Source: Flavobacteriales bacterium
GTDB lineage: Bacteria > Bacteroidota > Bacteroidia > UBA10329
Reading direction: 5' to 3'
Length of the DNA: 64,000 bases
Assembly: GCA_021739625.1 (NCBI GenBank)
Contig: JAIPBJ010000002.1
Span: forward strand, 13,137 to 77,136
The notes beneath the pieces were generated by a model. It worked only from the letters and a program-made list of their open reading frames with translations, had not been told where the DNA came from and made no database searches. This document shows, one piece after another, positions 56,554 through 64,000 of the stretch. The position numbers and the translations under genes were made by a program. Numbering within the stretch: position 1 is the first letter of the stretch; each line of letters begins with the position of its first letter.

Positions 56554-57189
56554 CTATTCCTCGATCATGCCTTCGCGCATGGCGAATTTCACCAGTCCCA
56601 CCACGTTCCGCACCTCCAGTTTCTTTATCAGGTTGCGTTTGTGCGTGTCCACAGTGCGCATGCCGCAGCCCAGCTGCTCGGCAATTTCCTGATTGCTGAA
56701 TTCAAAGGAGATCAGCTGTAGAACCTCCTGTTCTTTCTTTGTCAGCACGGGGTGATCATTTCGCTTGCCGCCTTTGGCAAATTCCTCTGAGATGCGCGCA
56801 AGCACCTCACCGCTGAAATGAGGCCTGCCTGAGGCCACCGTGCGGATGGCCGTAAGAATCTCCTCCTTGGATGAATGCTTGAGGATGTACCCTGCCGCGC
56901 CCGCCTTCAATGCCTCCTTGATGTAACGTCCCTGTTCATTGATGGTAACGGCAAGCACACGGGTGTTAGGATATCTGCGACTGATGGCACCTGTGGCCTC
57001 CACACCGTTCATGTCGGGCATCATGAGATCCATCAGCACCACATCGATCGGCTGCCGGTCGCATGCGGCTACCGCCTCACGTCCGTTGGTGGCGAAACCG
57101 GCAATGGTCATGTCTTCCTCGTCAGAGATCAGCGACATGAGGCCGTTCCGTATCATCTCGTGGTCATCCACTATCAGTAGGCGGATCAT
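56554..57189 (-). CDS. orphan response regulator, LuxR/NarL family
   Basis: MIRLLIVDDHEMIRNGL receiver domain plus a C-terminal LuxR HTH. No cognate kinase is adjacent. Confidence 0.9.
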   Translation of the reverse strand: MIRLLIVDDHEMIRNGLMSLISDEEDMTIAGFATNGREAVAACDRQPIDVVLMDLMMPDMNGVEATGAISRRYPNTRVLAVTINEQGRYIKEALKAGAAGYILKHSSKEEILTAIRTVASGRPHFSGEVLARISEEFAKGGKRNDHPVLTKKEQEVLQLISFEFSNQEIAEQLGCGMRTVDTHKRNLIKKLEVRNVVGLVKFAMREGMIEE

Positions 57190-57487
57190 GCGGACTTGGG
57201 TATCAGATTGTCAGTTGCCTTGAACCATTGGGGATGAAATGGTCTGAGGCAAAACTAACGCACTGCGATCGAATCATTAAGCCCATTTTAAGACCTAAAA
57301 CGCCAATTTCCGAGTCTCCGAGTGCCGGAGTCCTTTGATATGTTCCGAAATTCTAATTTCGTGAAACGGTCTAGGCTTCCCGTTGAAGGGGGATTCCCAT
57401 ATACTGCCCCTGTCCTGTGCCCCCGACCGTTGATGATGCCGAAAAGGCACCGGTCCCCGTTCCGTCACTTCCAAACCCCCACCGGTC

Positions 57488-57985
57488 ATGACTCCCATCG
57501 CTGTCCGTCCACGTTTCAAGAAACAGTGCCAATGCGTCACCGAGGACGTGGAGCAGCGTGTCCGGGATCGGCTGCAGGCACAGGATTCGCCATGTGTCGG
57601 GCATTTCGTAGAGGGCTATGCGGTGTTGAAGATCCCAGCCGCTCAGCGGCATTTCTGGTCACCGCAGCTCAGCGTTTCGTTCGAGCAGACAGCGGAGGGC
57701 ACGCTTATGCGGGGCCTCTATGGCCCTGACCCCGGTCTTTGGGCGTTCTTCTTCTATGGCCGGGCCGTGGTGGGCATCATCGCCATGATGGTGGTCATAG
57801 CGGGCCTGTCCGAATGGTGGTTGCACGATGACCTCACCTATTTCGCACTGCTGCCCGTCTGTGGGGCTGTGGCATTCGCTCTGTGGGCCATTGCCCGGTC
57901 GGGCCGGAAGATCGGTGAGCCTCAGACCCTTGTGCTGCATCATTTCTTTGAAACGACCGTGGGCACGCACGTGGAACTCGAGTAG
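57488..57985 (+). CDS. hypothetical small membrane protein
   Basis: 165 aa with two predicted TM helices in the C-terminal half (LWAFFFYGRAVVGIIAMMVVIAGL; LLPVCGAVAFALWAIA). No known motif. Confidence 0.45.
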   Translation: MTPIAVRPRFKKQCQCVTEDVEQRVRDRLQAQDSPCVGHFVEGYAVLKIPAAQRHFWSPQLSVSFEQTAEGTLMRGLYGPDPGLWAFFFYGRAVVGIIAMMVVIAGLSEWWLHDDLTYFALLPVCGAVAFALWAIARSGRKIGEPQTLVLHHFFETTVGTHVELE

Positions 57986-58010
57986 GCACGGCCTGACGGG
58001 CAGCGACCGC

Positions 58011-58766
58011 TCAATTCATTCCCCGCTCCTTTTTCACTTGATCATAAGCCTCGGTAAGTTTCTGGAACTTCTCCTTGGCCATGTGCTGATGTTCATCGCC
58101 CAGATGGGTCACCTTGTCGGGGTGATACTTCACAGCCATCTTGCGATAGGCCTTCTTCACCTCGTCATCGGTGGCGTTGCGGTCCACTTCGAGGATGGCG
58201 TAGGCGCTCTCCTTGGTGGCAGAGACGAACATGGCCTTGATGGAATTGAGGTCGGCCGTGCTGATTCGCATGTGTGCCGCAATTCGGGTGATGAGTTCCA
58301 CCTCGCGGCCGTGAACTGCACCGTCAGCATTTGCAAGTTGAAAGAGGTAGTGCAGCAGTTGCAGGCGTGACGATGCGTCCATGAACCTGCCGATCTGTGC
58401 TGCCACGGCATCCACCGCTATCTCTTGTTGCAGCATTTCACGCAGTGACAGCAGCAGTTCGCCCGCCCGCGTCTCCCCGAACTGAAGGACGAAGAACCGC
58501 TTGACAAAATCCAGTTCCGACCGTTTCACGCTGCCATCGGCCTTCATCACTGCTGCGGTGAGCACGAGGAGCGATGCCTCAAAGTCGGCTCTCGTGGTCT
58601 GTGGTCGCGACTTTGCGGTGTGCTCAGGCTGTTCGCCCTGCCAGGTGATCAGGTCGCCACTGGCGTTGTCATAGATCGTGCCTAGCGCAAAACCGAGCAG
58701 CGCACCTATAGGACCACCGAACGCCCAGCCCAGCGTGCCTCCCAACCATTTGGCGTATTTACCCAT
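58011..58766 (-). CDS. djlA: DjlA-like co-chaperone (N-terminal TM, TerB domain, C-terminal J domain)
   Basis: N-terminal hydrophobic anchor, a central TerB-like tellurite-resistance fold and a C-terminal J domain with HPD (DDEVKKAYRKMAVKYHPDKV). Confidence 0.8.
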   Translation of the reverse strand: MGKYAKWLGGTLGWAFGGPIGALLGFALGTIYDNASGDLITWQGEQPEHTAKSRPQTTRADFEASLLVLTAAVMKADGSVKRSELDFVKRFFVLQFGETRAGELLLSLREMLQQEIAVDAVAAQIGRFMDASSRLQLLHYLFQLANADGAVHGREVELITRIAAHMRISTADLNSIKAMFVSATKESAYAILEVDRNATDDEVKKAYRKMAVKYHPDKVTHLGDEHQHMAKEKFQKLTEAYDQVKKERGMN

Positions 58767-58865
58767 TTGCGAAGGGACGGGAGACGGGAGACGAGGGACG
58801 AGGGTGGAAGCGCATCAGCGGGTCAGCTTTTCAGCAAATCAGGGGTTCAGCCAGTCAGCAGAAGT

Positions 58866-60029
58866 TCATTTCCCCACGAACTTCCTTGCGATCAGTTCTT
58901 TCATGATCTCGTTGGTGCCGGCATAGATGCGCTGTACCCGGGCATCGGCCCAGGCCCTGGCCACATCATATTCCCAGATATAGCCGTAGCCGCCATGCAG
59001 TTGCAGGCATTCATCGGCCACCTCGCACTGCAGTTCGGTGGTGGTGTATTTGATCATGCTGGCCATGGCCGCATCCAGTTTCCCTGCGCAGTGCAACGCG
59101 GTACATTGGTCCAGGAACGACCGTGCCATGGTGATCTTGCTTGCCAGCTCGGCCAGTTTGAACCTTGTGTTCTGAAACTGCGAGATGCTGCGGCCGAATG
59201 CGTTGCGTTCGTTGGTGTATTGCAGGGTCTTCCAGAAGATGCCCTCTGCCGCACCCACCGCACCGATGCCCACCACCAACCGTTCCTGTGCCAGTTCGTG
59301 CATCAGATACTTGAATCCCTCGCCCTCCTTGCCGATCAGGTTGCCCTTAGACACCTTCACATTGTCGAAGAACAGCTCGCAGGTGTCCTGAGCGTGCAAT
59401 CCCACCTTGTGGAACGGCTCGCCTTTGGTGAAACCCTCCATCGCGGCCTCCATCAGCAGCAGACTTATTCCCTTTGCCCCCAGTGTCGGGTCGGTCTTCA
59501 CCGCCACCACGGCAATATCGCACAGATAGCCGTTGGTGATAAAGGTCTTGCTTCCGTTCACCAGATAGTGGTCGCCCTTGTCCTCGGCAGTGCATTTCAT
59601 GCCCTGAAGGTCGCTGCCTGCTGCCGGTTCGGTCATGGCCACGGCCGCTATGGCCTCGCCACTTGCCATCTTCGGACACCACTTCTGCTTCAGTTCCTCG
59701 TTGCCGAAATCGAGCAGATAGGGCAGCACGATGTCGTTGTGAAGCGGATAGCCTACCGCTGGCCCTGCGCAGCCGCTGCGGCTCAGTTCCTCCGTGAAGA
59801 TGGCATTGTAGCGGAAATCGGTGATCCCCATGCCTCCGTATGCCTCGGGCACCTGAATGCAGAGGAATCCGTTCGCCCCCAGCTTCTCCCAGCTCTCACG
59901 TGTCACCATGTGGGCCTTCTCCCATTGAGCGTTGTTCGGCACAATCTCTTTTTCAATGTAATCGCGCACCGAATGGCGGAAGATGTCGTGCTCCTCGGTG
60001 AAAATGGAACGCTCTATGAACTCTTGCAT
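58866..60029 (-). CDS. acyl-CoA dehydrogenase
   Basis: 387 aa. N-terminal, middle beta-barrel and C-terminal ACAD domains, with the catalytic Glu region near the C-terminus (YAGTNEIMKELIARK). Confidence 0.9.
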   Translation of the reverse strand: MQEFIERSIFTEEHDIFRHSVRDYIEKEIVPNNAQWEKAHMVTRESWEKLGANGFLCIQVPEAYGGMGITDFRYNAIFTEELSRSGCAGPAVGYPLHNDIVLPYLLDFGNEELKQKWCPKMASGEAIAAVAMTEPAAGSDLQGMKCTAEDKGDHYLVNGSKTFITNGYLCDIAVVAVKTDPTLGAKGISLLLMEAAMEGFTKGEPFHKVGLHAQDTCELFFDNVKVSKGNLIGKEGEGFKYLMHELAQERLVVGIGAVGAAEGIFWKTLQYTNERNAFGRSISQFQNTRFKLAELASKITMARSFLDQCTALHCAGKLDAAMASMIKYTTTELQCEVADECLQLHGGYGYIWEYDVARAWADARVQRIYAGTNEIMKELIARKFVGK

Positions 60030-60139
60030 GGGTCTTGTTTTTGAGGACTGCGAAGTAAAGGAATTTAGAGGGCTAAGGGTTATCGTCTGTGTTCATCGTT
60101 CCTATGGCATTTACACTTCGGGGCCCACGCTGCGACCCC

Positions 60140-60147
60140 TATTTTTG
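60140..60147 (+). promoter_or_regulatory. -7-like element TATTTTTG upstream of aguB
   Basis: TAnnTTTG match 19 nt upstream of the ATG at 60166. Confidence 0.35.
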
Positions 60148-60165
60148 CGGACAAGCATCCTAACC

Positions 60166-61056
60166 ATGGCGCAACGCAAGTACACCATCGCGGTCATTCA
60201 ACTCAATCTCAACAACACTGCGGAGGAGAACCGCAAGAAGTGCGTCCACTGGATTCGGGAGGCCGCTGCCAAGGGCGCAGAGGTCATCTCCCTGCCGGAA
60301 CTCTACAGCAGCCACTATTTCTGCCAGAGCGAGGACGTGGCCAACTACGCCTTTGCTGAACCGCTGGGCAATATCTCCTTCACTGCTTTCAGTGCAGTGG
60401 CCAAGGAACTGGGCGTGGTCATCATCGTGCCATTCTTCGAGAAGCGGATGGCGGGCGTGTATCACAACAGCGCCTACATCATCGACACCGATGGCTCGCA
60501 GGCGGGGCTCTACCGCAAGATGCACATCCCCGATGACCCCTATTATTATGAGAAATTCTACTTCACCCCGGGCGACCTCGGATTCCTGAACACCCCCACG
60601 GCCAAGGGCAACATCGGCACGCTCATCTGCTGGGACCAATGGTATCCCGAGGGGGCGCGCATCACTGCATTGAAGGGCGCGGAGGTGCTGTTCTACCCTA
60701 CGGCCATCGGCTGGCACCCTGCCGAGAAGGCACAATACGGCCCCAACCAGCACGGGGCGTGGATGAGCGTGATGCGCGGCCATGCCGTGGCCAATGGCGT
60801 GTATGTGGCCGCTGCCAACCGCATCGGGCTGGAGAAGTATCTGCCCAACACGGACGGCATCGAGTTCTGGGGCGCATCGTTCATCTGCGGGCCGCAGGGC
60901 GAGGTGCTTGCGCAGGCTTCGCACGACAAGGAGGAGATCCTTATGGCCGATGTGGACCTCGATCTTCAGGAGAATGTGCGCCAGAACTGGCCCTTCTTCC
61001 GCGACCGCAGGATCGATGCGTTCGGGGACATCACCAAGCGCGCCATTGACCGATGA
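60166..61056 (+). CDS. aguB: N-carbamoylputrescine amidase (carbon-nitrogen hydrolase family)
   Basis: Internal ATG (MAQRKYTIAVIQLNL...). Nitrilase-superfamily catalytic triad context (E at PELY, K at YRKMHIP, C at LICWDQWYPE). Paired with agmatine deiminase. Confidence 0.9.
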   Translation: MAQRKYTIAVIQLNLNNTAEENRKKCVHWIREAAAKGAEVISLPELYSSHYFCQSEDVANYAFAEPLGNISFTAFSAVAKELGVVIIVPFFEKRMAGVYHNSAYIIDTDGSQAGLYRKMHIPDDPYYYEKFYFTPGDLGFLNTPTAKGNIGTLICWDQWYPEGARITALKGAEVLFYPTAIGWHPAEKAQYGPNQHGAWMSVMRGHAVANGVYVAAANRIGLEKYLPNTDGIEFWGASFICGPQGEVLAQASHDKEEILMADVDLDLQENVRQNWPFFRDRRIDAFGDITKRAIDR

Positions 61057-62090
61057 GCAAACAGCGCAGGATGCCAGCCGAATGGGAGCGGCAGCAGGGC
61101 GTGCTGCTCTGTTTTCCGCACAACGGAAACGACTGGCCCGGCAAGTTCGGGGCCATACAGTGGGCCTTCGTGGAGTTTATCAAGAAGGTGGCCGAGCGCG
61201 AGACGGTGTTCCTTGTGGTGGTGGATGCAGCGCAGCAGGAGAAGGTGACCGACATGCTCCACACGGGCGAGGTGAGGCTGAAGAACGTCTCGTTCATTCA
61301 CCAGCGCTCCAACCGCAGTTGGATGCGCGACAGTGGCCCCATCATAGTGCAGAACGGCAAGCAGCGCGAGGCCATCAACTTCCATTTCAACGGCTGGGCC
61401 AAGTACCCGAACCACCGCCTTGACCGCCATGTGCCGCAAACTGTGGCCGCCCACCTCGGCCTTCCGTTGATTGCCGCTACGCACAAGGGACGCAACGTGG
61501 TGCTGGAGGGCGGTGCGCTGGAGGTGAATGGCAAGGGCACGCTCATCACCACCGAGGAGTGTCTGCTGCATCCGAGCATACAGGTGCGCAACGCAGGCTT
61601 CACCCGCGAGGACTACGAGGCGGTGTTCCGCGAGTATCTCGGCATCACCAACACCATCTGGCTGGGCGATGGCATCGTGGGCGATGACACCCACGGCCAC
61701 ATTGACGACCTCTGCCGCTTCGTGAATCCTGACACGGTGGTGACGGTGGTGGAGAGCGACCCGAAGGATGCCAACCACCGCACCTTGCAGGACAACCTCG
61801 CCCGCCTGCGTGCTGCGAAGCTGGAGGACGGCCGCCCGCTGAACATCGTGGAGCTGCCCATGCCGCGCCCCGTGGTGTTCGATGGCGTCCGCATACCCGC
61901 CAGCTATGCCAATTTCCTCATCATCAACGGGGCGGTGCTGGTGCCCACCTTCAACGATGCCAACGACCGCCACGCGCTGAACATCCTGGCAACGTGCTTC
62001 CCCGACCGCGACATCATCCCCATCAGCGCCATCGACCTCATCTGGGGTTTCGGGACGCTGCACTGTCTGAGTCAGCAGGTGGCGGGGTGA
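61053..62090 (+). CDS. aguA: agmatine deiminase
   Basis: Start overlaps the aguB stop. PAD_porph family blocks (WMRDSGP..., catalytic Cys near the C-terminus, GTLHCLS). Confidence 0.9.
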   Translation: MSKQRRMPAEWERQQGVLLCFPHNGNDWPGKFGAIQWAFVEFIKKVAERETVFLVVVDAAQQEKVTDMLHTGEVRLKNVSFIHQRSNRSWMRDSGPIIVQNGKQREAINFHFNGWAKYPNHRLDRHVPQTVAAHLGLPLIAATHKGRNVVLEGGALEVNGKGTLITTEECLLHPSIQVRNAGFTREDYEAVFREYLGITNTIWLGDGIVGDDTHGHIDDLCRFVNPDTVVTVVESDPKDANHRTLQDNLARLRAAKLEDGRPLNIVELPMPRPVVFDGVRIPASYANFLIINGAVLVPTFNDANDRHALNILATCFPDRDIIPISAIDLIWGFGTLHCLSQQVAG

Positions 62091-62110
62091 TAATGGGTCC
62101 GTGAGGCTTC

Positions 62111-62977
62111 TCAGTAGTCCAACCCCTCGGGGCTAAGCCCAACCTCCTGCCATCGGCCATCGGCCAGGATCATGGCGGAATGGTATCCCACCTTATTGAG
62201 AATGGTAGCTGCCGTGGCGAATTCGCCTATTATCTCCTGCGGATGGTGTCCATCGCTGTTGAGCATGATGGGGATGTCGAGTGCCAAGGCCTGCTCCAAG
62301 GCCCATGTGCCGGGATACAGTTCGCTGGACCTCTTCTTGTACAGCCCGCGCGTGTTCACCTCCATGATGGCCCCGCTGTCGGCAATGGCCTCCAGGGTGC
62401 TGCGCAGCTCATCGCGGTACCATGGTTCGTCCTCCTTGAAGAAAAGTTCCCGCGAGTTCTGCATCTTGATCTTGTCCAGATGGCCCACAATGTCGGGGCA
62501 GTCCTCGTCCAACATCATGCGGGTGAGTTCGAAGTAGCGGGTCACGGCCTTGCGCACATCGCCACTGAATATCTCGTGCAGGCCTTTCTTGAATATGTCC
62601 AACGGGCCATCAATCTCCCAGCCCTTGTCTGTTCCGAACCCGTCCACAAAATGAACCGACCCGATGGTGTAGTCCAGCCCGGCCGTTTGTAGAAAATGCG
62701 CGGTGGGGCCCATCCTGTCTGGCACATAGTCCACCTCCAGTCCGAGGAGTATCTCCAACCGGTCCTCATACTTGTGCTTGAGACGCGCAATCTCCAACGT
62801 GTATTCCTCCAGCGATTCGATGTTCATGGTCCACTTGCACTCGAAGAAAGGAATGGGCGCGTGCGATGAGAAACCATACACCTTCATTCCCGCAGCAATG
62901 GCGGCCTTCACATAGGCTTCGGGCACATCGGTGCCGTCACAGTAGTTGGTGTGGCTGTGGTAATTGTTCCAGGTCAT
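62111..62977 (-). CDS. histidinol-phosphatase, PHP family (HisJ/HisK type)
   Basis: MTWNNYHSHTNYCDG N-terminal PHP metal-binding motif and length of about 288 aa. Confidence 0.8.
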   Translation of the reverse strand: MTWNNYHSHTNYCDGTDVPEAYVKAAIAAGMKVYGFSSHAPIPFFECKWTMNIESLEEYTLEIARLKHKYEDRLEILLGLEVDYVPDRMGPTAHFLQTAGLDYTIGSVHFVDGFGTDKGWEIDGPLDIFKKGLHEIFSGDVRKAVTRYFELTRMMLDEDCPDIVGHLDKIKMQNSRELFFKEDEPWYRDELRSTLEAIADSGAIMEVNTRGLYKKRSSELYPGTWALEQALALDIPIMLNSDGHHPQEIIGEFATAATILNKVGYHSAMILADGRWQEVGLSPEGLDY

Positions 62978-63169
62978 TCGTGATGGATCTGCGCATCAAA
63001 GATTGAGCGAATATGCGAATTAGCGGATCATGTGCGCATTAAATTCCTAATTGGTCGGATCCTCATGGCGATGCTCATGATTCAATGTCCTGACACGTTA
63101 AAATGTCAGCCATCTTGCACGCTAAGATTTTTTTTACATTTCCGAGGTCTAACCAAACCCCCAAACCCC

Positions 63170-64000
63170 TTGAAAACCCTTCTAAAAGCCCTTGGAGTAA
63201 TTGCGCTGTTGCTGGTCGTTGCAGTGGCAGGCGCACTCACTTATGTAAAGACCATGCTGCCCGATGTGGGGCCGGCATCGGAGCTTACCGTTGAGCGCAC
63301 CCCTGAGCGCATCGTCCGTGGCGAGTATCTCGCCAATCATGTCATGCTCTGCATGGACTGCCATGCTGTGCGAGATTGGTCACTGTTCGCTGGGCCACCG
63401 ACCGCAGGCACGCTTGGTTCCGGTGGCGACATATTCGATCAGAAGTTCGGTTTCCCCGGCAGGTTCGTGGCCCGCAACATCACCCCTCATGGCATCGGTG
63501 ATTGGACGGACGGAGAACTCTATCGCGCCATTACCACCGGAGTGAGCAAGGACGGGCACGCCTTCTTCCCCATCATGCCCTACAAGAACTACAGCCAGAT
63601 GGACCCGGAGGACATCTATTCCGTGATCGCGTATATCCGAGGCTTGGACCCGGTGGTCAACGACCTGCCTGTGTCAGAACCCGACTTTCCGTTCAATTTC
63701 ATCATCAACACCATTCCCGCCAAGGCTGAAATGGGCAAACTTCCCGTGGACAAGGGCTCTTTGGAGTATGGCGCGTACATTGCCAACGCGGCAGGGTGCA
63801 ACGAGTGCCACACCAAGAAAGTGAAAGGCGAAGTTGTGGGTGAACTGTTTGCCGGTGGTTTTGAATTCCCGTTGGGCGGTGGCACCATCGTTCGCTCCAT
63901 GAACATCACCCCGCACGAAACTGGAATTGGCCGTTGGACCGAGGAGCAGTTCATCGCAAGGTTCAAGATGTATTCCGACAGCTCATATTTGCCGCAGACC
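63170..64000 (+). CDS. membrane-anchored dihaem c-type cytochrome (partial, 3' end beyond window)
   Basis: Frame open to the window end with two CxxCH motifs (CMDCH and CNECH). A TTG start gives the signal-anchor MKTLLKALGVIALLLVVAVAGAL. The first ATG in frame, at 63254, would give no export signal, so the start is uncertain. Confidence 0.65.
   Translation, partial: MKTLLKALGVIALLLVVAVAGALTYVKTMLPDVGPASELTVERTPERIVRGEYLANHVMLCMDCHAVRDWSLFAGPPTAGTLGSGGDIFDQKFGFPGRFVARNITPHGIGDWTDGELYRAITTGVSKDGHAFFPIMPYKNYSQMDPEDIYSVIAYIRGLDPVVNDLPVSEPDFPFNFIINTIPAKAEMGKLPVDKGSLEYGAYIANAAGCNECHTKKVKGEVVGELFAGGFEFPLGGGTIVRSMNITPHETGIGRWTEEQFIARFKMYSDSSYLPQT

Noticed and set aside
63103-63294. ORF-track ORF upstream of the cytochrome c gene
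   Set aside because: It is out of frame with the CxxCH-bearing reading frame and has an implausible peptide. The real gene is the frame open to the window end.

Overview
This 64-kb window appears to be chromosomal DNA from a high-GC member of the Bacteroidota. It is gene-dense on both strands and carries no rRNA, CRISPR array, integrase or transposase. The Bacteroidota call rests on two large secreted proteins ending in type IX secretion system (T9SS) C-terminal sorting domains, several TAnnTTTG -7 promoter-like motifs 12-26 nt upstream of start codons, and many lipoproteins and beta-barrel outer-membrane proteins.

Most of the window is housekeeping: trxA, gltX-folB, tsaD, a TamB-like giant protein, nrdAB, recF, mltG, scoAB, aguBA, an acyl-CoA dehydrogenase, an aldehyde dehydrogenase, a Na/Pi cotransporter and one tRNA-Cys(GCA).

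The accessory or unexplained loci, roughly in order of interest, are:
- A 210-bp array of ten contiguous 21-bp repeats with no stop codons in four reading frames. It sits between a LuxR-type solo regulator and a two-gene hypothetical secreted-protein operon.
- A compact putative lipid synthesis and export island: LolA-like carrier, LolB-like protein and OmpA-family lipoprotein on one side, and a CrtI-like FAD desaturase divergent from a dedicated ACP plus a WS/DGAT-like HHxxxD acyltransferase on the other. No carotenoid or ketosynthase genes are present.
- A three-gene lipoprotein operon downstream of a TPR histidine kinase and response regulator. Two of its products carry three copies of a Planctomycete-cytochrome-c-like domain with variable C-x(2-4)-C-H spacing. 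A YceI gene and an outer-membrane protein follow.
- Two tandem T9SS cargo genes sharing a homologous C-terminal module. About 150 bp of it is near-identical at DNA level, and the first gene holds near-identical 126-bp intragenic tandem BNR-blade repeats.

All calls come from reading motifs and ORF context only. No database search was possible, and manually placed coordinates may be off by a base or two.
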